Of a stretch of 64,000 nucleotides of DNA, positions 1 through 9,874 are shown piece by piece. The notes beneath the pieces are model-generated. The model ran no database searches. It saw nothing but the letters and a program-made list of their open reading frames with translations, and had not been told where the DNA came from. Every line of letters starts with the position of its first letter. Position 1 is the stretch's first letter. The position numbers were made by a program, and so were the translations under genes. The stretch comes from Diplonema japonicum (Eukaryota > Protista > Euglenozoa: Diplonemea), in assembly GCA_964019335.1 (NCBI GenBank), contig OZ025719.1:62001-126000 (forward strand). The letters are read 5' to 3'.

Positions 1-1
1 G

Positions 2-538
2 CTGCAGACGGGGCAGCGGACGTATCTCATCAAAATACGAGATGCTGACAACCCTGTAGAAGGGAAGATGAAGTGTTTTGTGGACGTGTCGAAGCCCATA
101 GCCAGCCACGTCACAACACGTAAGGGCAACAAAACCTGCGCTGTCTGTGAGCCCGTCACCATCCTCGACAAAGTAGCGGCCAGTGTTGTCGAGGGGAAGC
201 CCACAGCAATGCTGCAACACGGATACACGCTGGTCAGCTTGCAGAAGGGTTTCTCCGAAGGCGATCAACTGCTAGTGAATAGTAGCAATACTAACATATC
301 TGTGAAGGAAGGAAACGTATCCTTCGGAATGGACTTCGTCGGAAAAATTGCAACCAGTGCCTCCAAGCTGCGTGTGGAACACAGCTGGGCATCTAAGCTC
401 ACCGCAAAGGCGCTTACAGCCTTACTCATGTCCATCCAACTCAAATGCGCCTCCCCCGGCCCCCGCACCATTGAGTTCCTCGTCTATGACGGAGTTGCCG
501 ACCCCAGCTGCATCAGCGCTGTTATTGACGTGCAGTAG
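2..538 (+). CDS. 5'-truncated CDS; C-terminal region resembles Ig-like/cadherin-like repeats of large bacterial adhesins
   Basis: The frame is open from position 2 (no stop upstream of the 68 start) to TAG at 536-538. The pattern 'TLVSLQKG..GDQL...ISV..G.VSFG...VG.I...T.KALTALL.SI......GPRTIEFLVYDG....SAVIDV' resembles bacterial adhesin repeats as recalled; not searched. Confidence 0.55.
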   Translation: MQTGQRTYLIKIRDADNPVEGKMKCFVDVSKPIASHVTTRKGNKTCAVCEPVTILDKVAASVVEGKPTAMLQHGYTLVSLQKGFSEGDQLLVNSSNTNISVKEGNVSFGMDFVGKIATSASKLRVEHSWASKLTAKALTALLMSIQLKCASPGPRTIEFLVYDGVADPSCISAVIDVQ

Positions 539-679
539 CCCTCTTCCGAGGGTTGCATCGTACTCCTCCTTTTTTTTTTTCTCTTTTGCTTCTCCCTCCT
601 TTTTTTTTTTTTTTTCCTTTTCGATTTGTTTGAAGCTTGTCTACACGATGTCACATCAATCAGGAGCCATCTAAGCAAC

Positions 680-1989
680 ATGGGGTTGTTCAAGCTGTTC
701 ACGGCCGGCGAGAAGGATGCCAGCAAGCTCGCCGCGATCCAGGCGCTAGCGGGCATGGTGAAGGCGAAGGTGCAGGACACCGCAGTTGATGTCAACAGCA
801 TCACATACAGGCTGAACGCAAGCCCCATTGGCGTGAGCCCTGCACTTGAGACTGACGCAGGGTACGTGGCGGGTTTGAGCGGTGTGCTCTTCTACCTTGG
901 TGAGCTCGGCGACCGCTCCCTTGTTGGGAGGACTGTCTATGAGCGTGCCTCGATAGCGTCGATGGTTGAGTTCGCTGTGGCGGAGGTGGGTTCTCTGAAC
1001 ATCCCGAAGCCCACTGCTGAGCACTCCGGTGTGATGAACGGCGTGCTTGGGGGGCTCAATGCCTGGCTCGAGAACAAGACCTTCCTCTGCTCCGAGAGGC
1101 TGAGCATCGCCGACCTCGCTCTTGCCTTCTCCCTCTTCCCTTTGTACCTGACTGTCCTCGACGCACCGTCAAGGGCGGGCTTCCCCGAGCTCAACAGGTG
1201 GATGGACACCGTTCTGAACCACCCCAACGTCAAGGCGCATGTGAAGGGTGCCCTGTGCGCCAAGGCGCCGGCTTGGTACAACGCAGCAGCAAAACCGCCT
1301 GTTGCGGTGACTGCCGCACTGAGCACTGCCGCACCGAAGGGTGGTGAAAAGAAGGAGGGGAAGAAGGACAAGGAAGGGAAGAAAGACAAGAAGAAGGATG
1401 GGAAGGAGCAGCCCGCTTGGAAGAAGGAAGCCTCGAAGAAGGCAGCGCCAGCGGAGCTGGACGGGAGCGCCTTCGACATCCGTGTGGGTGTGGTGAAGGA
1501 GGTGAGGAAGCACCCAGATGCCGACTCCTTGTACGTGGAGAAAATCGATGTAGGTGAGGCCGAGCCCAGGGAGATCTGCTCAGGGCTGGTGAACCACATG
1601 CCCCCGTCGGGGCTGGATGGCAAGACTGTGGTGGTGATGTGCAACCTGAAGCCGACCAAGATGCGAGGAATCTTGTCATGCGGGATGGTCATGTGCTCCA
1701 CGAGCGCCGAGGGGGAGGTCAAGCTGACCATGGCTCCTGAGAGCGCTTCTGCCGGCGATAAAATAATATTGGAGTCCCTTGACAACGGTAGTGAGAAGAC
1801 TCAGGTAAAGAGGAAGGGAAAAAAATAAATCACCATACACCTGCACAGATCCCCCCTAAGAAGCTCGACGCCATCCTCAACGAACTCCACGCTGATGCTG
1901 CCGGAAATGTGCTCTGGAAGGACGCCCCCTTCACCGTGAAGGGCAAGGGTGCGTGGAAGTCCGCGCACAACGGCGCGAAGGTGAAATAA
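680..1989 (+). CDS. ARC1: Arc1p/AIMP1-like aminoacyl-tRNA synthetase cofactor (GST-C domain + Lys-rich linker + EMAP-II/OB tRNA-binding domain)
   Basis: GST-C motifs 'LNAWLENKTFLCSERLSIADL' and 'FPELNRW'; tRNA-binding motif 'DIRVGVVKEVRKHPDADSLYVEKIDVGEAEPREICSGL...NLKPTKMRGILSCGMV'. Removing intron 1805-1848 (GT..AG, 44 nt) restores the C-terminus IPPKKLDAILNELHADAAGNVLWK...NGAKVK*. Confidence 0.85.
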
Positions 1990-2294
1990 GAACGTGGTTT
2001 TTTTTTTTCCTTTTTTTTTTCTTTGCCTTAGTGTGATTATGAAACGAAACATAGGGGGAGGGGGAACTATCTTTTTTTTTCTCCCCCCCCTTTTTATTTC
2101 ATCAGCTGCGCCATGAGACAGGAGGGCTCCTTGTTCGATTTGCATCTATCCCCCCCGGTACAAGTAAAAATGTAGTCGCAGCAAATGGAGGGAGAAAAAA
2201 AGCAAAAAAGAAAAAAAAATAGTGTGAACCCTCAACCCTCCCCACATGCTCGGAATTCCTTTTCTTTTTTTAATCAGGTTAGGCGATGGGGCTA

Positions 2295-2330
<36 letters not shown>

Positions 2331-2497
2331 GCCCTTCCTCCTTCGTCCCCACCTTTTTTTTTCCTCCATTATTATTTTATGCCCCCCCCGTTTCCCTCCC
2401 CCTTCTTTTTTTTCTTTTTTTTTGCTGAAATTCTGGGGTTTTTCATGCCTAAAGTTCTATTTTAAAACAAAAAAAAAACAAATCAAAAAAAAAAATA

Positions 2498-3352
2498 ATG
2501 TTGCGTCTTGCACTCGTAGCCACCGCGTTCACCGTGGGCAGCGCTTTGAACCAGGCTGAGACAGCACAAGCTCTCATAGACAAGGTCTTCAACGGGACTG
2601 CCAGTGACTGGACACACCCATGCAGGCCCATCAGGCTCCCGAGAAAGTACTCTGGTTTCCACCACAGGTGGTGGAAGCACCACGGAATGTCGCAGGAGGA
2701 CTTCATGGAGGACCTGACACACGGTTTCATGAGCGATGAAGGCCGTGTCAATGTGACTGGTGATGTGAACCCTGCCCTGGTGTCCTGGGGGACTGACGGG
2801 AACGCAAACTTCACCTGGAGGTTCCCTGACCGCGCTTTGAACAACTACTTCAGAAAAGCATTTTGGAACATTAAGTTCTGCATGTGGGAGCACGGGCACA
2901 GCGCTGAGTTCACAAAGTACGACCTTTTCCACGCACACGTGTTCTCGTTCAACCGCAATGGTGAGAAGGACTTCGGGATGGTTTTCCACGCCAAGGAGTA
3001 CCCTAGTGACTTGTTCACGGGTGTCACTGGTGCACCGTTCAACACCTCGCACCCTTCCTTCCCTGTCAGGAACATTTTGTGGATCGCATCGTTGTCGCAG
3101 TCGTTCCTTATCGACTCCGACAATGAGGCTACCCACCCTCTCATGAAGCCCGACTGGCTTCAGCTCGGGCAGGCCGACTGGATGGATGACTACTACAACG
3201 AGGTGTTGAAGGCGCGTACCGTCGACACGCTCCCGTTCATCGCTATGGGCTCGCGTCTTGGTGGGTTGAACTACTTCACCAGGCCCACCATTGCTAACCT
3301 CACCGGAACCAACCCCGGGTGGTGCGACTTTGATGAAGTCTTCTTCGCGTAA
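2498..3352 (+). CDS. Secreted hypothetical protein, 284 aa, aromatic/His-rich
   Basis: Signal peptide MLRLALVATAFTVGSA, coding-like GC3 bias, flanked by A/T homopolymers. No family recognised. Confidence 0.75.
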   Translation: MLRLALVATAFTVGSALNQAETAQALIDKVFNGTASDWTHPCRPIRLPRKYSGFHHRWWKHHGMSQEDFMEDLTHGFMSDEGRVNVTGDVNPALVSWGTDGNANFTWRFPDRALNNYFRKAFWNIKFCMWEHGHSAEFTKYDLFHAHVFSFNRNGEKDFGMVFHAKEYPSDLFTGVTGAPFNTSHPSFPVRNILWIASLSQSFLIDSDNEATHPLMKPDWLQLGQADWMDDYYNEVLKARTVDTLPFIAMGSRLGGLNYFTRPTIANLTGTNPGWCDFDEVFFA

Positions 3353-4071
3353 AAAGTAAGAAGAAGAAAAAAAAAGTTTATGAAAAAAGTCTAGCGTGGA
3401 AAAAAAAAAAAAAAATGGAGAAAATAGTTTTTTCCTTTTATTCAAAAAGAAAAAAAAAAAAAAAAAAAAATACCCCTGACTTTTTTTCATTTTTATTTTA
3501 TTTGTACGACTCCTTTTATTTCAAGATGTAATGAACACAGAAAAGAAGAGGGGAGAAGAAAAAAGGAGGGGTTCCAAACAATACCCTCCCCCCAAAAAAA
3601 AAGAAATCCTCGTTGGATCATTGTTGCAGAGTCAAAGAAAAGGAAAGGGTGTGGTGGGGGGAAATAGTTTCCCCTCCCCTCTCCCTCTTTCCCAAAAACT
3701 CCTTCTCCCTTGCTGGCCAATGCATACCTGGAAGACTCTATTATTCCATGTGCACGTTTCAAAAGGGATTAAAGTAATGCAGCAATCGATGTAGGTTTTT
3801 TTTTTTTTTTTTTTTCTTTTGTTCTGTTCCTCCTCCCTCCCCTTCGCCCCTCCTTTTTCTTTTCTCTCTTTTCTTTTCTTTCCCTCTCATTCCTCATCCC
3901 CTTTTAATTACATCTTTCTAATGTTGCCTTCCTCTCAACCATCTGCTGTGCGAAACAAGTATTTCTATTTTTTTTTCTTCTTTTTTTTTTTTCTCTATAT
4001 CTATTTCTATTTTTTTAATTATTTCTTTAACTGTCCCCCGAATCTTGTATTCACGATGAAGAAGATATGAA

Positions 4072-4995
4072 ATGAGCGATGTCATAGTAGGCCCGCGTCG
4101 GGGCATGCTGGATGCTGTTGAACCGTTGGTGGCAAGTGCGAGAGTTACAAGCCCGCAAGAGAGAAGCCAGCACCCGCAGCCAAAACCACAACCACAACCA
4201 CAGCCTATTGTGCATTTTGCACCAGTATCCCGTGATGGTGTGAGTACCCCAGCTGTTGCTGAAGGCCAACGAATGACATCCCCCACTAGACGGCGTGAAA
4301 ATGAACGGCATGTCACGCTGACCAAACTGCCTCATGAACCGTTGGGATGTAAACTTGAACACATGATTCTAACCGGTGTGAAGGACCGCTCCCCTGCTGA
4401 CAGATGCGGTGCCGCAGAGTTTATTGGGCTGCGACTGACGGGGATCAACCAGATAACAGTTGCCACCGAGCAGGACTTGCTGAACGCGCTTCGAGGCTTG
4501 CATGAGGTGGAACGTGTCACGCTGCAGTTCAGTGATGTGACGCAGGACTCTAGATGGGCGCCTGGGGTACCTTACCATGCTGCACACACGCCTCAGGAGG
4601 CTTTCCCTCCTACCTACCTCCACCCACCGCCGGAAGGCCGCGTTGCGCCTTTGCCGCCGTCGACGTCGCCCTTGTTGTTTGGCGGGGGTTTTGGCTTTGG
4701 TAGCCCGATGCATGCAGAGGCACCCGATCCGCATAGGTTAGGCGCCTCTTCAGCAAGGGCACGGTCTGCTGCCGTCTGTGCACGTGCAGGGTTTTCCCGC
4801 CCTCTCTCGTCCGACCCGACCGCCAACACCACCTACGGGTCCTATTTCGCGGTGGACCGTACCCCAACTAAGTTCCAGCCTCCTATCAAAACCGCCGCCC
4901 CTTACCTCACCCGGCCCCTCCCCGACCCTGTTGGCGTCGGTGACCCGAACATTGGCCTCAGCAACGCCACCCTCCCCCCATGGGCTGGCACTTGA
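4072..4995 (+). CDS. PDZ-like domain protein with Pro-rich disordered flanks
   Basis: 'VTLTKLPHEPLGCKLEHMILTGVKDRSPADRCG...LRLTGINQITV...L...VTLQF' follows the PDZ pattern (LG carboxylate-binding loop, SPA, IN). Confidence 0.65.
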   Translation: MSDVIVGPRRGMLDAVEPLVASARVTSPQERSQHPQPKPQPQPQPIVHFAPVSRDGVSTPAVAEGQRMTSPTRRRENERHVTLTKLPHEPLGCKLEHMILTGVKDRSPADRCGAAEFIGLRLTGINQITVATEQDLLNALRGLHEVERVTLQFSDVTQDSRWAPGVPYHAAHTPQEAFPPTYLHPPPEGRVAPLPPSTSPLLFGGGFGFGSPMHAEAPDPHRLGASSARARSAAVCARAGFSRPLSSDPTANTTYGSYFAVDRTPTKFQPPIKTAAPYLTRPLPDPVGVGDPNIGLSNATLPPWAGT

Positions 4996-5079
4996 TCTAT
5001 TTGATATGTTGTATTTAAATCAAAGAAACTGCAGCGCAAACTGTAAAACGACACAAAAAAAAAAGCAGGAAATGTTATC

Positions 5080-7710
5080 ATGCCGCTTTTACTACCACTG
5101 ATACTGCAGTGCACGCAGGCCGCAGTGCAATGCTTGCAGGTGACGTCTGTTTCTTGCACCATTTTGGGAGGGGCTGCCGACCCTGCTGGACAACTGACTG
5201 CAACAAGCTCTACCAATTGGAAGAATGGGGACTGGGAATTACGTGAGTTGTCTGGAGGGGCTACCTATAGGTTGGACTACAAAGGTAAATATGCCTTCCG
5301 CTTCTTGTCTTGTCCTACGGGAACAGGGCTTCCGCTTGGTGCAGAGGTCTGTTGCGATCAGGGCGGTGACGAGAAAGGCAGATGTGGAGCTGCGTGCCCG
5401 ACGTTCACAGCATGCCCCACACCAGCACCACCCACTGCGATACCCACTATTGCACCGGCCACACCAGCACCTCCCACTGCGATACCAACTACTGCACCGG
5501 CCACACCGGCACCACCCACTGCGATACCAACTGATGCACCAGCCACGCAAGCACCTCCCACTGCGATACCAACTACTGCACCGGCCACACAAGCACCAGC
5601 CACTGCGATACCAACTGATGCACCAGCCACACCGGCACCACCTACTGCGATACCAACTGATGCACCGGCCACACCAGCACCACCTACTGCGATACCAACT
5701 GATGCACCAGCCACGCAAGCACCTCCCACTGCGATACCAACTGATGCACCAGCCACACCGGCACCTCCCACTGCGATACCAACTGATGCACCGGCCACAC
5801 CAGCACCACCCACTGCGATACCAACTGATGCACCAGCCACACCGGCACCTCCCACTGCGATACCAACTGATGCACCGGCCACACCAGCACCACCTACTGC
5901 GATACCAACTGATGCACCGGCCACACCAGCACCACCCACTGCGATACCAACTGATGCACCAGCCACACCGGCACCTCCCACTGCGATACCAACTGATGCA
6001 CCGGCCACACAAGCACCAGCCACCGCGATACCCACTAATGCACCTTCCACATCTGCACCTCCCACTGCGATACCAACTGTTGCACCTCCGACACCGGCAC
6101 CTCCCACTGCAATGCCTACGGAAGCTCCTCCTACACCTGCTCCTCAAACTGCGATACCAACGGCAGAACCAACGCAAGAGCCTACCTTTGCACCTGAGAC
6201 TTCAGTTTCCACTACTGAACCAACTGCACCTCCGACAGCTGAGCCGACAAGCACTCCAACAACGCAACCTGCCACAGTGCCCCCCGCGGTGCCTCGGACC
6301 GGGGTCCCTGTTACGGAAGCCCCTACGGGATCACCAGGAAAAGCAACAGCTGGGCCGACGGGAGCACCTGAGACAACGGGTGTGCCAGGGGGGACCTCTG
6401 CGCCGACAGGGGCCCCCGAGACCCCTGCTCCGACGACGCACGAGCTTTCCGGGTCGGCGACGACGGAGGCGGTTGGGGCGGGGGCAGCGTCTGCAGCGGG
6501 CCTCGGGGCGGGAGCTGCAGCGGGGACTGCGATGCGACTGGTGCTGATCTCCGACTCGTGCGTGATCGGGGACTACGTGCGGCAGCTCCCTTGGATGTTC
6601 CACCCGACGCGGATCAAGATCGGGGGCAGCGAGCCTGCGGGGGCGGTGGTGGGGAACTTCTCCATCGTGGTGGGGTTCACGCTCCTGATGAAGGGGGTGA
6701 TGATGGTTGCGGGGCTGTTCCCGGGGGTGTCGCGCTTCCTAAAAACGAGCGACCCCGAGGGCTTTCTACGCTTCCCCTCTGCACCCCTCTTCGTCTTCCA
6801 ATGGTTCTACCAAGGGACAACCCTGAGCTCCATGCTCCTCCTGTTCTACCCTCCCAGCGTTTTAGGGTTCTTGTTGGGTGTTGCTTCCTGCCTGTTCTGC
6901 ACGGCTGTTCCCTTCGTCGTTCTTGTGTCGGTGCATCGGGGTGTCCCGAAGGAGGCGATCTACCGTGTGGACACAGAGGACAGGGGGCGGCTGTTCAACT
7001 TCATCGTGGGCCCTGGGGAGTGGGTGAGCCTTCGGGAAGAGCGTCACTGGGTGCAGCGGTGGGCGTCTGTGACGAAGACGTACACGCAGCACACAGCGTG
7101 GTTCTCGTTCGTCGATTTCTCGTCGTCGTTCTGCTTGGCGGCGATGGCCGCCTTCAAGACCTACAGCTACGCGCAGTGCGGACACATCAAAACCTTCCAA
7201 GCCTGTATATTTGTGGTGTTGTTGGCGATCGAAGCGAAGTACTGGCCGCATGTGAGGATGCGGGACTGCGTTACTGACTTTGTGCTGTTGGGCGCGCAGA
7301 CGGCAGGTCTATTCTTGATGGGGAACGCCTTCTATAATGGAGGAAAAGAAAACACAGCCTTCGAAACAGCGGGGCTTCTGATGTATATGGCCACCATCAT
7401 TCTCATGGGCAAGGTGGTACTGGATGTATTCACAGAGGCCTACATCTTCTTCTCTGGAAGGCGCCGTCGGCTGCAGGAAGAGGAGTGGGCTCGTGATAGA
7501 ATCTCATTCGTTGAAGCAGATCTCGCTACTAGCTACTCGAGAGCTCCCGAGACGAGCCTCTCGTTTGTGTCCGCTGATGCACGGAACACACCAACTACTA
7601 AAACAACACATAGCTCAAAGAACACTTATAACATGCCTAAGTCTGTTTCGATGAAACATGTTAACATGGGTGTTCAAGAGTTGCAAGCATTAAAACAAGG
7701 TCGCTTCTAG
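5080..7710 (+). CDS. Surface protein paralogue 1: signal peptide, Cys-rich head, Pro/Thr/Ala mucin stalk, ~7-TM domain (DGF-1-like C-terminus)
   Basis: 876-aa ORF with about 7 hydrophobic segments after '[24 protein letters not shown]'. Paralogous to 9875-11914 and 15247-18678. The DGF-1 resemblance is from memory. Confidence 0.85.
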   Translation: MPLLLPLILQCTQAAVQCLQVTSVSCTILGGAADPAGQLTATSSTNWKNGDWELRELSGGATYRLDYKGKYAFRFLSCPTGTGLPLGAEVCCDQGGDEKGRCGAACPTFTACPTPAPPTAIPTIAPATPAPPTAIPTTAPATPAPPTAIPTDAPATQAPPTAIPTTAPATQAPATAIPTDAPATPAPPTAIPTDAPATPAPPTAIPTDAPATQAPPTAIPTDAPATPAPPTAIPTDAPATPAPPTAIPTDAPATPAPPTAIPTDAPATPAPPTAIPTDAPATPAPPTAIPTDAPATPAPPTAIPTDAPATQAPATAIPTNAPSTSAPPTAIPTVAPPTPAPPTAMPTEAPPTPAPQTAIPTAEPTQEPTFAPETSVSTTEPTAPPTAEPTSTPTTQPATVPPAVPRTGVPVTEAPTGSPGKATAGPTGAPETTGVPGGTSAPTGAPETPAPTTHELSGSATTEAVGAGAASAAGLGAGAAAGTAMRLVLISDSCVIGDYVRQLPWMFHPTRIKIGGSEPAGAVVGNFSIVVGFTLLMKGVMMVAGLFPGVSRFLKTSDPEGFLRFPSAPLFVFQWFYQGTTLSSMLLLFYPPSVLGFLLGVASCLFCTAVPFVVLVSVHRGVPKEAIYRVDTEDRGRLFNFIVGPGEWVSLREERHWVQRWASVTKTYTQHTAWFSFVDFSSSFCLAAMAAFKTYSYAQCGHIKTFQACIFVVLLAIEAKYWPHVRMRDCVTDFVLLGAQTAGLFLMGNAFYNGGKENTAFETAGLLMYMATIILMGKVVLDVFTEAYIFFSGRRRRLQEEEWARDRISFVEADLATSYSRAPETSLSFVSADARNTPTTKTTHSSKNTYNMPKSVSMKHVNMGVQELQALKQGRF
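5416..6160 (+). repeat. Coding tandem repeat, 42-nt unit (14 aa, PPTAIPTDAPATPA), about 17 copies
   Basis: cccactgcgatacc recurs at 42-nt spacing (5431, 5473, ...). Confidence 0.9.
6226..7269 (+). repeat. ~1044-bp segment apparently identical to 17071-18114
   Basis: Compared by eye from gcacctccgacagctgagcc to gaggatgcgggactgc; constant offset of 10845 and no difference seen. Confidence 0.9.
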
Positions 7711-8281
7711 ACCAGAGTCGTTTCCTATCATAGTGAACTTTTTTTTTTTTTTTTTTTTTTTAATTTTTATTTATTCCCTTTTAAATGGGCCTGTTTGGGA
7801 AAAGAGAGAGAGAAAAAAAAAAAAAAGAACATAAACTTGTCGCATGCTGCTCCTCTCCCTCCGTCCCCTTTTTTTCTGTTACAAATGTTCATCTTTCAAA
7901 AAGAAAAAAATGATTACTACCTAAAAAAAAGAGTCGGTTGTAGCCAGATGCGCGCGCCTTGTCGCACTAAGCGGTAGGAGATTCTGTTCAACTCGCGTCA
8001 AACGCGGGTATTTTGTTATTTGGTATTAATTTGTAGAAGGATAAGCCCAACAATGCTACCGCTACTCTTTTTTTTCTTTCCCCCCCCCTTTTTTTTTAGC
8101 AAAAATAAACAATTGATTATCAATAAAATAGCTTAACCCATGGTTAACCCTTTTTTTTTATCCCCCCCCACGCTCGTGCGCACAAGCAAATGAAACGCCA
8201 AACTAATTTATCTTGGAAAGGAAGTGGCATTCCTTTTTTTTTTTTCTTTTTTCCTCTTTACAAACCAAATATTCGAATCAC

Positions 8282-8318
<37 letters not shown>

Positions 8319-8440
8319 ACGTCGCAGAGGGGCGAGTGATCAGGCGTGGGTCTTATGTAGTCTTCGTTCCATCACTGCCTGTAAGAGTAGTTTTCCTCTA
8401 GAGCCGGGTATATTTAGTAATATACTCTTTTTTTTTTTTG

Positions 8441-8560
8441 TTACAAATATTTATCTTTCAAAAAATGATTTTATAACTTTATGCAACTTGTGCCGAGCAA
8501 AAAATTTTCGCAGCTTTTTAAAAATCTTTTTTGCTCGTGCGAACAACAAAGACATATAGT
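8441..8560 (+). repeat. Dispersed non-coding repeat (other copy 39101-39288; fragments at ~7879 and ~43231)
   Basis: The block tacaaatatttatctttcaaaaa-tgatttta...tgcaacttgtg.cgagcaa..attttcgcagctttttaaaatctttt...gctcgtgcgaa is shared; internal IR cgagcaaaaaa/ttttttgctcg. Confidence 0.75.
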
Positions 8561-9158
8561 CATAGAGAATTATTTTTCCTTCTTTTCTCCTTTTTCCTTT
8601 CTCTTTTTTCTATTCAAAAAACGGAGAACTACTCCTCGGCGTACGAACCCCCAGTTCCTCGCTTTCCCATCTCTATTTTCTTTCAGCACTGGATAAGATA
8701 TGAAAACCAAGTTTTCTTTTCTTGTTCACGCTGCAAAGTTAAGGGTGCATTGCCACCCGACTTGTCCTCAAAACCTGCTTTCATGCAGAATTTGTTGTCC
8801 AATGCAACCACATTTGTAAGGGGCTCCTGCAACCTTTTTATTCGTTTTCTTTGTCTTTTGCACACAGTTCTTTATAACCCACCCCACCCCCTTCCATCAC
8901 ACTGTATTTGTTTTTGTTTGTCTCTTTACTGTAAAACGGTGTGTTTGAAAGGCAACCCCCCCCCCCCCCCCCCCCCCCGCCAAGGTTTTACAAAATCAAA
9001 AAAAAAAAATCCGTAAAAGGTCAACTCTCTCTCTTTTTCTTTTTTTCTTCTTTTTTTTTCATTTGGAGAAACAAAAGCATTTTAGGGTAGGTGAGGGAGG
9101 TGTCTAATATCCGGCTGGGAATGTCGGTAAGCTTCGGTGGTCCGCAGCTCTTTTCAGC

Positions 9159-9224
<66 letters not shown>

Positions 9225-9487
9225 GTATTTTTACTATATATTCGCGCAGGGTTCAGAAAAAAAAAAGAAGAAAAAAGAAAAGAAGATGAGAAGGTGAAGT
9301 TCAGGGGAGCGGGCTGTGAGAGGCTCGTCCGCCTGACAAAGTGGTGTTCATTAGGAAGCGAGACTTCTGAGCTTAAGGCCTTACAGTCACCAACTCCACA
9401 AAGTTCCAAGGATACTGGTAGGGATGACGTGTATCTGAATGTCTTCACGAACACCACAGACTGCGAGAAAGAGAAGAGCAATACCGT

Positions 9488-9523
<36 letters not shown>

Positions 9524-9789
9524 AATAACGGCCAAACGGTAGAGGAATAAAGGGGAAAAAAAATGACAACCCCCCCCCAAAAAAAAGCACAAGGAAAGAA
9601 ACACAGATCCTGACATTTTTTTTTCTCTTTTTTCTCCACTTTTACTTTCTACGGGACCACAGGGGACTTGGGAGGCTTCAGGGCGAAGTTTCACAAGGGT
9701 GGCCGCTGTATCACATACTGCATGGCACCACTAAAATCGAGACAACTTTTTTTGGGCGGGCCGTTGCTAACCACTTCGTTCCTATCATA

Positions 9790-9846
9790 GTTGAATTTTT
9801 TTTTTCTCCTTTCTTTTTCTTTTCCCCCTTCCTCAACACCACACAG
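9790..9846 (+). promoter_or_regulatory. Putative SL trans-splice acceptor (polypyrimidine tract + CAG) for the 9875 gene
   Basis: T/C tract ending in acacag about 29 nt before the ATG; the trans-splicing role is inferred. Confidence 0.45.
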
Positions 9847-9874
9847 GACAACCGCCCCCCCCCCCCCCCCCCCC

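Noticed and set aside
5416-6160. Regular repeat arrays as possible CRISPR
   Set aside because: No unique spacers; in-frame coding repeats in a eukaryote.
5225-6547. Long alternative-frame and antisense ORFs over the mucin repeats (also 15519-17120, 15575-16957, 10012-10917)
   Set aside because: Shadows of stop-free tandem repeats; the + frame has a signal peptide and TM domain.
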